Of a stretch of DNA of 64,000 nucleotides, positions 17,502-27,301 are shown piece by piece. Made by a program: the position numbers and the translations under genes. Source of the DNA: Candidatus Porifericomitales bacterium (GTDB taxonomy: Bacteria; Pseudomonadota; Gammaproteobacteria; CBDEFV01); contig CBDEFV010000002.1 in the NCBI GenBank assembly GCA_965237735.1, forward strand, positions 33,958 through 97,957. The letters run 5' to 3'. Below the pieces are notes generated by a model. The model was not told the DNA's origin, made no database searches, and saw only the letters and a list, made by a program, of their open reading frames with translations. Position 1 is the first letter of the stretch. Each line of letters begins with the position of its first letter.

Positions 17502-18954
17502 GTGAAAGATATTTTTGCCAACTACATCGCCGGCGAGTGGCGGCGCTCCGCAACCGCCACGGCCAACATGAACCCGTCCGACACGACTGATCAGATCGGC
17601 CTTTACAGTCAGGCGGGCGCGGCCGACATCGACGAGGCCGTCGAGGCCGCCCGGGCGGCCCAGCCGGCCTGGGCCGCCCTCGGCCTCGAGGCGCGGGTGC
17701 GGGCCCTGACGGCCATCGGCGACGAGATGCGGGCGCGGGCCTCTGAGCTCGGCGAACTCCTGGCGCGGGAGGAGGGCAAGACGCGGGCCGATGGCATCGG
17801 CGAAGTGCAGCGCGCCGGTCAGTTTTTTCAGTATATACGGGGCCGAGGTTCTGCGGCTGCAGGGCGATTTCGCCGATTCGGTGCGCCCCGGCGTCGAGAT
17901 CGCCGTCAGTCGCGAGCCGGTTGGCGTGGTCGCCGTCATCTCGCCGTGGAACTTCCCCACAGCCACAGCCAGCTGGAAGATCGCCCCGGCTCTCGCCTTC
18001 GGCAACAGCCTGGTGTGGAAGCCGGCCAATCTGACTCCGGCTTCGGCTTGGGCGCTGACGGAAATCATCAGCCGTCAGGGGTTGCCGCCGGGCACCTTCA
18101 ACCTGGTCATGGGCGACGGCTCCGAGGCCGGCGGCGCCCTGGCCCGCCACCCTCAGGTGCGGGCGATCAGCTTCACCGGCTCGGTCGCCACCGGCCGCCG
18201 CGTGGCGGCGGCCTCCCTGGAAAATATGGCCCGCATCCAACTGGAGATGGGATCGAAGAACGCCCTTCTGGTCATGGACGATGCCGACCTGCAACTGGCG
18301 GTCTCCTGCGCCCTCGTCGGCGCCTATTCCAGCTGTGGCCAGAAGTGTACGGCCTCGAGCCGCCTGATCGTCCACGAAAAAGTCCACCATGCCTTTGTCG
18401 AAGGGCTGGCCCAGGCCCTCAAGGACATGAAGGTCGGCCACGCCCTCGCCGAGGACAGCCAGTTGGGGCCGGTTGTCAGCGAGGGACAGCTGGCCTCGAA
18501 TCTCGAATACGTCCAACTCGCCCAGGGCGAGGGCTGCCAGCTGGTCCAGGGCGGCGGCAGGCTGGAGATGGCGACTCCGGGCCACTACATGGAGCCGGCT
18601 CTTTTTGTCGGCGGCAACAACTCCATGCGCGTCAACCGCGAGGAGATGTTCGCCCCCATTGCCTGCGTCATCGAGGTCGGTTCCTACGAAGAGGGGCTGG
18701 CCCTGACCAACGACACCGATTTCGGCCTGACTTCGGGCATGGTGACAGCATCGCTGGCGCGGGCGGCGCACTTTCGCCGCCATGCCGAGACAGGTTGCGT
18801 CATGGTCAACCTGCCGACCGCGGGCACCGACTATCACGTGCCCTTCGGCGGCCGCAAGGATTCGAGTCATGGACCGCGCGAGCAGGGACGCTATGCGGCG
18901 GAGTTCTACACTCAGGTGAAGACCGCCTATATCCAGTCGGGCGAGCCCCGGTGA
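17502..18954 (+). pseudogene. Aldehyde dehydrogenase, frameshifted at about 17835
   Basis: N-terminus (NPSD, EEGKT) in the 17502 frame; SPWNFP, FTGS, LEMGSKN, GQKCTAS, EEMFAP in the 17791 frame; removing one A from CAG TAT A TAC restores QYYGAE. Confidence 0.85.
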
Positions 18955-19919
18955 GCCGGGCGGCGCCCCTGATCGACGGCCTGCAGTACTGCAACTGGTC
19001 GCGGAGGATCTTTGACGACATGGCCGCGGGCGGGCTCGATGCCGTCCATGTGACCCTGTCGTACCACGAAGACCTGCGCGAGACCATCGCCCACATCGCC
19101 CGCTGGAACCGGCGCTTCCAGCGCTTTTCCGACCGCATCCTGCCCGGCTGCGCGGCGGCCGATGTCGAGCGGGCCCAGGAATCAGGGCGGACGGCAATCT
19201 TTTTTGGCCTGCAGACGGCGGCCCCGATTCAGGACGACATCGGCCTCGTCGAGATCCTCCACAGGCTGGGGGTGCGCTTCATGCAACTGACATACAACGA
19301 CCAGAGCCTTCTGGCATCGGGCTACTGCGAGCCGGAGGACGGAGGGCTGACGCGCATGGGGCGCGAGGTCGTCAGCGAGATGAACCGGGTCGGCATGGTG
19401 GTCGATATGTCGCACTCGGGCGAGCGTTCGACACTCGAAGCGATCGAGCATTCGCAGCGGCCGGTCGCGGTGACCCATGCCAATCCGGATTTCTGGCGCG
19501 AGGGGCCGCGGAACAAGTCGCGACAGGTTATCGAGGCCCTGGCCGAGAGCGGCGGCGTACTCGGGCTCAGCCTCTACCCCCACCACCTCGCCGGCGGCCC
19601 TGACTGCACCCTGGCCGACTTCTGCGTCATGGCGGCCCGGGTCGTCGAGATCATGGGGGGCGACAGGGTCGCCATCGGCAGCGATCTCTGCCAGGACCAG
19701 CCGGGGGATGTGCTGCGCTGGATGCGTAGCGGCCGCTGGCTTATCGATGAAGACGAAGAGGGACACGGGCTCGAATTTCCGCCCCAGCCCAGCTGGTTCC
19801 GCAGCAACCGCGACTTCCCGCGCCTGGCCGGGGGGCTGGCCGCGGCCGGCTTCGACAGCGGCGGCGTCGCCGCCATTCTCGGCGGCAACTGGCTCGACTT
19901 CTTTCGCCGCTCGTTCTAG
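18951..19919 (+). CDS. Membrane dipeptidase-like amidohydrolase (M19 family)
   Basis: GTG 18951 overlaps the ALDH stop; LIDGLQYCNWS, QLTYN, DMSHSG, THAN, IGSDL. Confidence 0.85.
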   Translation: MSRAAPLIDGLQYCNWSRRIFDDMAAGGLDAVHVTLSYHEDLRETIAHIARWNRRFQRFSDRILPGCAAADVERAQESGRTAIFFGLQTAAPIQDDIGLVEILHRLGVRFMQLTYNDQSLLASGYCEPEDGGLTRMGREVVSEMNRVGMVVDMSHSGERSTLEAIEHSQRPVAVTHANPDFWREGPRNKSRQVIEALAESGGVLGLSLYPHHLAGGPDCTLADFCVMAARVVEIMGGDRVAIGSDLCQDQPGDVLRWMRSGRWLIDEDEEGHGLEFPPQPSWFRSNRDFPRLAGGLAAAGFDSGGVAAILGGNWLDFFRRSF

Positions 19920-19921
19920 TC

Positions 19922-21626
19922 GTGGCTGAGGTGGGGAGCGCCGCAGCAACGCCGTTTCAGGGCGCCGCTCTGCCCGCGCGACCGCCGTCCGAAGTTGCCC
20001 GCCTGCAGCGCCTGGGCGCGGCCCACTCGACCCGGCTCAGCTTTATGCGCTCATTGCTGCGCCTGCTGGCGCGGCAGGACTGGCAGCTCGGGTGCTCGCA
20101 GCGCCAGTGGGATGAGCAGGGCCACGGCTGGGCTCTCTATGGTGGCCCGCGGCCCGGAGCGCTGCTACAGCCTGGTGGCCTTCACCCATGCCCTCGCCGA
20201 CGAGGAGCGCAGCGATCGGGTGATCGCCGAGCGCTGGGACGCCACCTTCGCCCTGCTCGACGGCGAGGCCGGGGCCGCCGACATCGAGCGCCTGCGGGTC
20301 CAGATTCCGCTGCAGGAGAAGGGGCGGGTCTCGCGTCGCGAACTGGTGCTGAGTCGCGCCAACAAGAGCGTACGCATGTTTGAATATGTCTGCGGCCGCC
20401 TCGCCGGGGGACGGCAGCCGGAGCCCGGCCGGGTGATCGAGGTCGGCTATCTGATGAGGACGACGGCGGTCTACGGCAACGGCAAGTTCGGCCTCGCCGA
20501 CCGCATCTGCATCGCCGACCGGCCCGAGCTCGCCGGCCCTTTTCGCGCTGAGCTGCTGGCGGTCTACCTGATCCGCGCCTTCACCCACGACCTGGTCAAC
20601 TATCTGGCGCGGGTGCGCGGCGGCAGCCGGGCGGTCGAGCTCGATCCGAAGATTCAGCGCTTTCTCGGCATCGGCAACTCGACCGGCCTCGGCATGGCCC
20701 CCTTCCTCAACAAGCACCCGCAGTTGCTGCACCGCTGGCTCGGGGCGCGCGAGCGGGCCCTCTCCCTGATCTGCAGTCAGCCCGAAGCGACGGAGGCGGC
20801 TGCGTTCAGGAAGCTGTTGCAGCGGGCGAGGCTGCATGTAGCCGGTTGGAAAGTCGCCGATCAGCGTCAGAGCGACCGCATTGAACAGTTGAACCGCGAT
20901 CTCGGGTTGATCTCGCGGCGGGCCGAGTCGATTCTGGCCGCCCCCCGCCCTTGGGCACAGTTGATGGAATGGGCGTCCGGGGCGGTGGCGCTGGAGGCGC
21001 AGGAGATGCTGTTCAGCCTCGTGATCGAGCCTCATGGGAAGCTGGTTGATCACTTGGAGGACCAACTCGCCTGCGAAGAGCACAAGGCCCTCGACGCCTC
21101 CATGAAAGTGGGGCAGCTGTTGCAGTTGCTCGAGCGCGACTACGCCTGGGCCCTGAGGTCGGAGCTGGATGCAGGCGACTGTGCCCGTTTCTGGTATGTA
21201 TCGCAAGAGAAACTCGAACCGCGTATCGGCTGGCGCTAGGCAGAGCCCGGCAGCTCACGCGAGATGCCGCTGGGAGTCACCCGCGCCCTGAGCCAGTTGC
21301 AGACCCTGTTGCGGCGGGCCGACCCCGAAGAGAGGGCGGGGCGTCTTGCCGCCCGCTTCCCCGAGACACGCCACTGGTTGCGGCGGGTCCAGACCCTGGC
21401 CTCGACCCCTTATGGAGAGGTGCGCGACAACCTGCTGGCGTCCGGCATGCGGCCCCTCGATCTGCTGCGCGGGAAGCTTGCCATGTTCGGCGCCACCAAA
21501 TTTGATCCCCAGTCGGATCTGTGGCTGCGCATCCACATGTTCCAGGGGGCGCCCCTGCCTTCCGATCTCAGTTCGCGCGATTCGCATGTTGCCGATGACT
21601 GGCTCTTTCCCGTCTTTCAGGGCTGA
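19922..21626 (+). pseudogene. Conserved hypothetical protein (about 565 aa if repaired) with a frameshift at about 20141 and an in-frame TAG at 21237-21239
   Basis: Three track ORFs (19922.., 19995.., 21264..) join into one reading: HSTRLSFMR..GWALY / VARGPERCYSLVAF..SDRVIA..YGNGKFG..GIGNSTGLGMAPF..KLEPRIGWR*AEPG..FGATKFDP..FQGAP. Confidence 0.75.
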
Positions 21627-21905
21627 TTCCCCATTAATCGACTCGCCCCAATTTCTGGCTTAAAGGCTGCGGCGCGCCCTCCATCTGCTATCCTTAAAAA
21701 AGAATCATTGCGGGCTCAGGGGGCTGGCTGTGCCCCGCCCCTGACCCTGAGATCCCGCTTTTGTCCTTCTTGCCGCCCAGGACATCCAGAGCCGAGTTTC
21801 TTCAAGGAGCGCCCGGCGAGTGGCCAGCGGCTGTTTTGTCGCCCTTGGCGCGGGCTCTTTGGTTTGGCAGAGGGCTCGTGCCGCTGTGCCCTGCCCAGGT
21901 TTTAA

Positions 21906-22961
21906 ATGGCTTTGCAGAATAGAGACACACGCATCGCTGAGCTGCGCGAAATGCCGCGGCCAGTGGAGTTATTGCAGGAATTGCCGGCCGATGAGGCCAA
22001 TGAGCGGCTCGTTTATGCGAGCCGCGAAGCCGTGCATGAGATTCTCGCCGGCCGCGATGAGCGGGTACTGGTGGTGGTCGGCCCCTGCTCGGTCTACGAT
22101 GAGAAGGCGACTCTGGAGTACGCTGAAAAACTCGCTGCCGAGGCGCAGAAACACAGCAAGAATCTGCTCGTCATGATGCGCGTCTATTTTGAAAAGCCGC
22201 GCACTACTGTCGGCTGGAAGGGCATGATCAACGATCCCCACCTCGATGAGAGTTTTGAGATCGGCGTCGGCCTCAGACGCGCCCGCAAGCTGTTGCTGGC
22301 GGTCAATGCCCTGGGGCTGCCGGCCGGCACCGAGTTTCTCGATCCCATAGTGCCGCAGTATGTCGCCGATCTGATCAGCTGGGGCGCAATCGGCGCCCGC
22401 ACGACCGAGAGCCAGGTGCACCGCGAACTCGCCTCTGGCCTGTCCTGTCCCGTGGGCTTCAAGAACGGCACCTCGGGCAATGTACAGATTGCCGTCGACG
22501 CTGTCAAGTCGGCCCGTTTTCGCCATCACTTCATCGGCTCCGACAGCGAGGGGCGGGTGGCGGTGTTCGCCACCAGAGGCAACGAAGACTGCCACCTGAT
22601 TCTGCGCGGCGGCAGCGACAAGCCGAACTTCGATGCCGCCTCGGTGGCGGAGTCGAAGAGGCATCTGCAGCGGTCGAACCTGCCGCAGATGCTCATGATC
22701 GATTTCAGCCACGCCAACAGCAACAAGGATGCAGAGCGGCAAAAGCAGGTCTGCAGCGATGTCGCCGCCCAGATTGCGGCCGGCGAGCGCGCCATCATGG
22801 GAGTCATGGTCGAGAGCAATCTGGTCGGGGGGCGCCAGGAGATCAGCGCCAGCATGCGCTACGGCCAGAGCATCACCGACGCCTGCGTCGGCTGGGGCGG
22901 CACGGTCGAGATGCTGCAGCAGCTCAGCGAGGCCGTCGCGGCCGGCCGCAACCTGTTGTGA
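21906..22961 (+). CDS. aroG: 3-deoxy-D-arabino-heptulosonate 7-phosphate synthase (class I alpha)
   Basis: GPCS, YFEKPRTTVGWKG, GARTTESQVHR, GFKNGTSG, DFSHANS, SITDAC; the paralog name (aroG/F/H) is not resolved. Confidence 0.9.
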   Translation: MALQNRDTRIAELREMPRPVELLQELPADEANERLVYASREAVHEILAGRDERVLVVVGPCSVYDEKATLEYAEKLAAEAQKHSKNLLVMMRVYFEKPRTTVGWKGMINDPHLDESFEIGVGLRRARKLLLAVNALGLPAGTEFLDPIVPQYVADLISWGAIGARTTESQVHRELASGLSCPVGFKNGTSGNVQIAVDAVKSARFRHHFIGSDSEGRVAVFATRGNEDCHLILRGGSDKPNFDAASVAESKRHLQRSNLPQMLMIDFSHANSNKDAERQKQVCSDVAAQIAAGERAIMGVMVESNLVGGRQEISASMRYGQSITDACVGWGGTVEMLQQLSEAVAAGRNLL

Positions 22962-24280
22962 TCGCCCGCCTCAACAGCTCCTCGGCGGAGTTCGACCGCG
23001 ACTTTGCGCGCCTGCTGGCCCAGGCCCAGGCCGGCAACGATGAGCGCACAGACCAGGTTCAGGCCATCGTCGAAGATGTGCGCCGGTGCGGGGATGCGGC
23101 CCTCGCCGGGTACAGCCGCCGCCTTGACGGCCTGGATTGCAGTTCTGCCGCCGACATGGCGGTGTCGCCGGCAGAGAGCGAGCGCGCCTGGCAGGCCCTG
23201 GTCGAAGAGGAGCGCCATGCGCTGCAGTTTGCCGCCGGCCGGGTGCGCGATTTCGCCTCGCGCCAGCTCGAGCGCGACTGGAATTTTGAGGACGAGTGGG
23301 GCAACGTGCTCGGGGAGCGGGTCATCGCCCTCGACCGCGTCGGCCTCTACGTCCCCGGCGGTCAGGCGAGCTATCCCTCCTCGCTGCTGATGACGGCTGT
23401 GCCGGCTCAGGTTGCCGGCGTGCCGGAGCTGGTCGTCGCCACCCCGGCAAAAGGCGACCGCGGGCCTTCGCTCCGGGTGCTGGCCGTCGCCCATATGCTG
23501 GGGCTGACGGAGGTCTACTCCTTCGGCGGCGCCCAGGGCGTGGCCGCCCTGGCCTACGGCACCGGGACGCTGAAGGCGGTCGACAAGATCGTCGGCCCGG
23601 GCAACTTCTGGGTCACGGCGGCGAAAAGACTCGTCGCCGGCCGGGTCGCCATCGAATCGCTGGCCGGGCCTTCCGAGGTCTGCATTGTCCTCGACCGGGT
23701 CGAGGATGCCCGCACGGCCGCCCTTGATCTGTGTGCCCAGGCGGAGCACGACAGCGAGGCCCGGGCCCTGCTGATCGCTGTCGGCGAGGGGGTCGTCGAT
23801 GCCGTCGCCTCGGCCCTGGCCGAGCTGGTTCCCTCCTTTGAGCGCCGCTCGATCATCGCCGCCGCCCTCTCTGCCCGCGGCGCCCTGATCGAGGTGGCGG
23901 GGCGGCGGGACGCCGCCCGTCTCGTCGATCTCATCGCCCCCGAGCACCTGCAGCTCATGGTGGCTGAACCCGAGGAGCTCTGGCGGCAGATTCGACATGC
24001 CGGCGCCGTCTTTCTCGGCAGCCACAGCGCCGAGGTGTTCGGCGACTACTGCGCCGGCCCCAGCCATGTGCTGCCCACAGGCGGCTCGGCCCGTTTTTCC
24101 TCACCGCTCCGCGCCAGTGACTTTCAAAAGCACAGCAGCGTCGTCTCCCTCTCGCCCGGAGGCTCCCGCGCCCTGGCGCCCGTGGCCGCCCGTCTCGGTG
24201 AGAGCGAGGGACTGGGGGCGCACGCCGCCTCGGCCCGCCGCCGCCTGGACGCAGGCGCTTCGTCTTCATCCCGGACCTGA
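22958..24280 (+). CDS. hisD: Histidinol dehydrogenase
   Basis: YVPGG..YPSS, GGAQG, IVGPGN, AGPSEV, QAEHD, PEHLQL, GDYCAGPSHVLPT. Confidence 0.96.
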   Translation: MIARLNSSSAEFDRDFARLLAQAQAGNDERTDQVQAIVEDVRRCGDAALAGYSRRLDGLDCSSAADMAVSPAESERAWQALVEEERHALQFAAGRVRDFASRQLERDWNFEDEWGNVLGERVIALDRVGLYVPGGQASYPSSLLMTAVPAQVAGVPELVVATPAKGDRGPSLRVLAVAHMLGLTEVYSFGGAQGVAALAYGTGTLKAVDKIVGPGNFWVTAAKRLVAGRVAIESLAGPSEVCIVLDRVEDARTAALDLCAQAEHDSEARALLIAVGEGVVDAVASALAELVPSFERRSIIAAALSARGALIEVAGRRDAARLVDLIAPEHLQLMVAEPEELWRQIRHAGAVFLGSHSAEVFGDYCAGPSHVLPTGGSARFSSPLRASDFQKHSSVVSLSPGGSRALAPVAARLGESEGLGAHAASARRRLDAGASSSSRT

Positions 24281-24296
24281 GTCCAGGGAGGCGCCG

Positions 24297-25358
24297 ATGA
24301 AAGCTGGGGCCATTGAAATGCCGCTGCGGGCCGATCTCGCAACTCTCGAGGCCTATCGACTGGCCCCGCCGGCGAAGATTCGCCTCGACGCCATGGAAAA
24401 CCCGCAGCCGCCGCCGGCGGCCTGGCTGGAAGCTCTGGTCGGGGTCGAGATCAACCGCTACCCCGACGGGGCCGCAGTCGATCTGAAGGACGCCCTGAGC
24501 GGCTACCTGGGACTGCCGTCCGGCACTCCCATGCTCCTCGGCAATGGTTCCGATGAGTTGCTGCAACTGCTGATGCTGGCTCTGCCCGCCGGCGCCGCCC
24601 TGGTCGGGGTGCGGCCGGGTTTTGCCATGTATGAGATTCTCGCCCGCGCCCTGCGGCTGAAATTTGTGGCCGCGCCTCTCGATGAGAACTTCGAGCTCGA
24701 CCTGCCGGCCATGGCCGGAATCCTCGAGCGCGAGCAGCCGGCCCTGGTGTTGCTGGCGCGGCCCAACAACCCGACGGGGAACAGCTTTGCCAGGGCGCAT
24801 GTCGAGCAGGTGCTCGAATGGGCTCCGGGCCTGGTCGCCGTCGACGAGGCCTACGCACCCTACGCCGGGGAGTCCCTGATTGCCGGGCTCGAACGCCACC
24901 CGCGGCTGCTCCTCCTCGGAACCCTGTCGAAACTGGGCCTGGCCGGCCTCAGAGTCGGCTGGCTGCTGGGGCAGAGTCAGTGGCTCGATCAGATTGACAA
25001 GCTGCGCCTGCCCTACAACCTCAATGTCCTGTCCCAGGCCCTGGCCTGTCGTGCCCTCGAGCAGAGCGCGCACCTCGACGGGGCCGTGGCCGCCGTGGTC
25101 CGCCGCCGCGGTCAGCTTGCCGCCGGGCTGCAGCAGTTGCCGCTGAGGGTTTTTCCGAGCCGCGCCAATTTTATTCTGGTGCGGCCTCACCGGGCCCGGG
25201 CCGGCGATCTCTACAGGGGTCTGCTGCAGGCCGGCATCCGGGTGCGCCTGATCGACGGCGAGCATCTGCCGAACTGTCTGCGCATCACGGTCGGCACCGA
25301 TGAGGAGTGCGGCCTGTTGCTCGAGAAGCTGCGGACTCTGCTGGCGGAGCAGGACTGA
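24297..25358 (+). CDS. hisC: Histidinol-phosphate aminotransferase
   Basis: ATG 24297; LDAMEN, NRYPD, GNGSDE, PNNPTG, VDEAY, TLSK, GLRVG. Confidence 0.93.
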   Translation: MKAGAIEMPLRADLATLEAYRLAPPAKIRLDAMENPQPPPAAWLEALVGVEINRYPDGAAVDLKDALSGYLGLPSGTPMLLGNGSDELLQLLMLALPAGAALVGVRPGFAMYEILARALRLKFVAAPLDENFELDLPAMAGILEREQPALVLLARPNNPTGNSFARAHVEQVLEWAPGLVAVDEAYAPYAGESLIAGLERHPRLLLLGTLSKLGLAGLRVGWLLGQSQWLDQIDKLRLPYNLNVLSQALACRALEQSAHLDGAVAAVVRRRGQLAAGLQQLPLRVFPSRANFILVRPHRARAGDLYRGLLQAGIRVRLIDGEHLPNCLRITVGTDEECGLLLEKLRTLLAEQD

Positions 25359-26113
25359 TGGCGTCCCGCTGCGACATCCTCGCCTGGTGCGATCAACAAC
25401 TCGCCGCCGCCGATTTCGTCGATTACTGCCCCAACGGCCTTCAGGTCGAGGGCAGGGATGAGGTGCAGCGGCTCGCCAGCGGCGTGACCGCCAGTCAGGC
25501 TTTTCTCGAGCGCGCCCTCGAGGCCGGCGCCGACATGGTGCTGGTTCACCACGGCTATTTCTGGCGCGGAGAGGATGCCGCGGTCGTCGGCATCAAGGCG
25601 CAGCGTCTGCGGCTGCTCATGGCGGCCGATGTCAATCTGCTCGCCTATCATCTGCCGCTCGACTGCCACGGGGTCCTCGGCAACAACCGTCAACTCGGCG
25701 ACCGGCTCGGCTTTGTCATCGAGGGCGCGAGCGCCGCCGGCGGCGTTGAAAACCTGCTGTGGCGGGGCCGGCTGGCACAGCCACAGCAGCCGGCCGAGCT
25801 CGCCGCCCATCTGCAAAAGGTGTTGCGGCGGGCGCCGATCCGGGTTGACGGCGGCCGACCGATCGAGACCCTCGCCTGGTGCACGGGCGGCGGCCAGGGC
25901 TTTATCGAAGAGGCCGCCGACCTGGGAGTCGACGCCTACATCAGCGGCGAAATATCGGAGCAGACGACCCATCTGGCGCGAGAGCGCGGCCTGTCCTACT
26001 TCGCCGCCGGCCACCACGCGACCGAGCGCTACGGCGTCCAGGCCCTGGGAGCGGCCATTGGCGAGCACTTCGCCATTGAGCACAGGTTCATCGAGATCGA
26101 CAACCCCGCCTAG
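25358..26113 (+). CDS. ybgI: Nif3-like dinuclear metal protein (GTP cyclohydrolase 1 type 2 homolog)
   Basis: DYCPNGLQVEG, VHHGYFW, YHLPLDCH, AGHHATERYG. Confidence 0.9.
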   Translation: MASRCDILAWCDQQLAAADFVDYCPNGLQVEGRDEVQRLASGVTASQAFLERALEAGADMVLVHHGYFWRGEDAAVVGIKAQRLRLLMAADVNLLAYHLPLDCHGVLGNNRQLGDRLGFVIEGASAAGGVENLLWRGRLAQPQQPAELAAHLQKVLRRAPIRVDGGRPIETLAWCTGGGQGFIEEAADLGVDAYISGEISEQTTHLARERGLSYFAAGHHATERYGVQALGAAIGEHFAIEHRFIEIDNPA

Positions 26114-26116
26114 GTC

Positions 26117-27301
26117 ATGGCCCCTGTCTTCGCCAACCCGCGGCCGGCACTGCTGGCCCTCGCCGACGGCACCCTGCTGCAGGGCATCGGCGCCGGCGTC
26201 GCCGCCGATGCCTGGGGCGAAGCCGTCGGCGAAGTCGTTTTCAACACCGCCATGAGCGGCTATCAGGAGGTGCTGACCGATCCCTCCTACCACCGCCAGC
26301 TCGTCTGCTTCACCTGTCCCCATATCGGCAACGTCGGTTGTAACGAGGACGACAGGGAATCGGGGCTTCTCGCCGGCGGCCTGATCGCACGCGACCTCTC
26401 CCCTGAGGCGAGCAATTACCGGGCGGACGAAAATCTTGAAAGTTTTCTGCGCCGCCATGGCATGCCGGCGATTTACGGCCTCGACACCCGCCGCCTGACG
26501 CGCCTGTTGCGCGATCGCGGCTGCGTCAATGGTTGCATCCAGGTGCCGCCCGAGGGGCAGAACCCCGACCCGGAACGGGCGCTGCAGAAGGCAGCGGCAG
26601 CGCCCGCCATGGCCGGCCTCGACTTGGCCACGGAGGTCAGCGGCTCGGTCGAGGGTCCCTGGAGCCAGGGATCCATTGATCCCGTGAGCGGCCCTCGTCC
26701 CTCGCCCTCAGCCGACCTCAGGGTCGTCGTCGTCGATGCCGGGGTCAAGCACCATATTCTGCGCTGTCTGCGCGATGTCGGCTGCGAGGTCGAAGTAGTG
26801 CCGGCGGCCGTGACTCTCGAGCAGATCCGCCAGTTGCGGCCGGATGGCGTCCTCCTGGCCAACGGCCCCGGGGACCCGGCCGCCTTCGATGGCGGCCGGC
26901 GGCTGGCGACCGAACTCGTCGCCGAAGGCCTGCCTCTCTTTGGCATCTGCCTCGGCATGCAGTTGCTGGCCCTGGCTCTCGGCGGGGCCAGTGAAAAGAT
27001 GGCCTTTGGCCACCACGGAGTCAACCACCCGGTGCTCGACATAGCCGACAGGCGGGTCCTGATCAGTTCGCAGAATCACGGCTTCGTCGTCAGCGAGGAC
27101 AGCTTGCCGGCAGAGATCGAAGTCACCCACCGCTCATTGTTTGACGGCTCCCTCCAGGGTTTTCGCTCGCGCGAGCGCTGTATTATGGCGTTTCAGGGAC
27201 ACCCCGAGGCGAGTCCCGGCCCCCATGATGCGGCGCCGCTTTTTCAGGCCTTTGTCTCCATGATGGAGGGCGCCGCGGCCAGGAGGCCAGGCCATGCCTA
27301 A
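26117..27301 (+). CDS. carA: Carbamoyl-phosphate synthase small subunit
   Basis: [48 protein letters not shown]. Confidence 0.97.
   Translation: MAPVFANPRPALLALADGTLLQGIGAGVAADAWGEAVGEVVFNTAMSGYQEVLTDPSYHRQLVCFTCPHIGNVGCNEDDRESGLLAGGLIARDLSPEASNYRADENLESFLRRHGMPAIYGLDTRRLTRLLRDRGCVNGCIQVPPEGQNPDPERALQKAAAAPAMAGLDLATEVSGSVEGPWSQGSIDPVSGPRPSPSADLRVVVVDAGVKHHILRCLRDVGCEVEVVPAAVTLEQIRQLRPDGVLLANGPGDPAAFDGGRRLATELVAEGLPLFGICLGMQLLALALGGASEKMAFGHHGVNHPVLDIADRRVLISSQNHGFVVSEDSLPAEIEVTHRSLFDGSLQGFRSRERCIMAFQGHPEASPGPHDAAPLFQAFVSMMEGAAARRPGHA

Noticed and set aside
17502-19919. 805-aa ALDH-dipeptidase fusion protein from the ORF track
   Set aside because: The middle third is out-of-frame sequence caused by the 17835 insertion; the amidohydrolase has its own GTG overlapping the ALDH stop.
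21237-21239. TAG recoding (pyrrolysine or an alternative genetic code)
   Set aside because: TAG is the normal stop for several genes here (19919, 26113, 30560, 41618, 51131), no pyl genes are visible, and the same gene has an independent frameshift.
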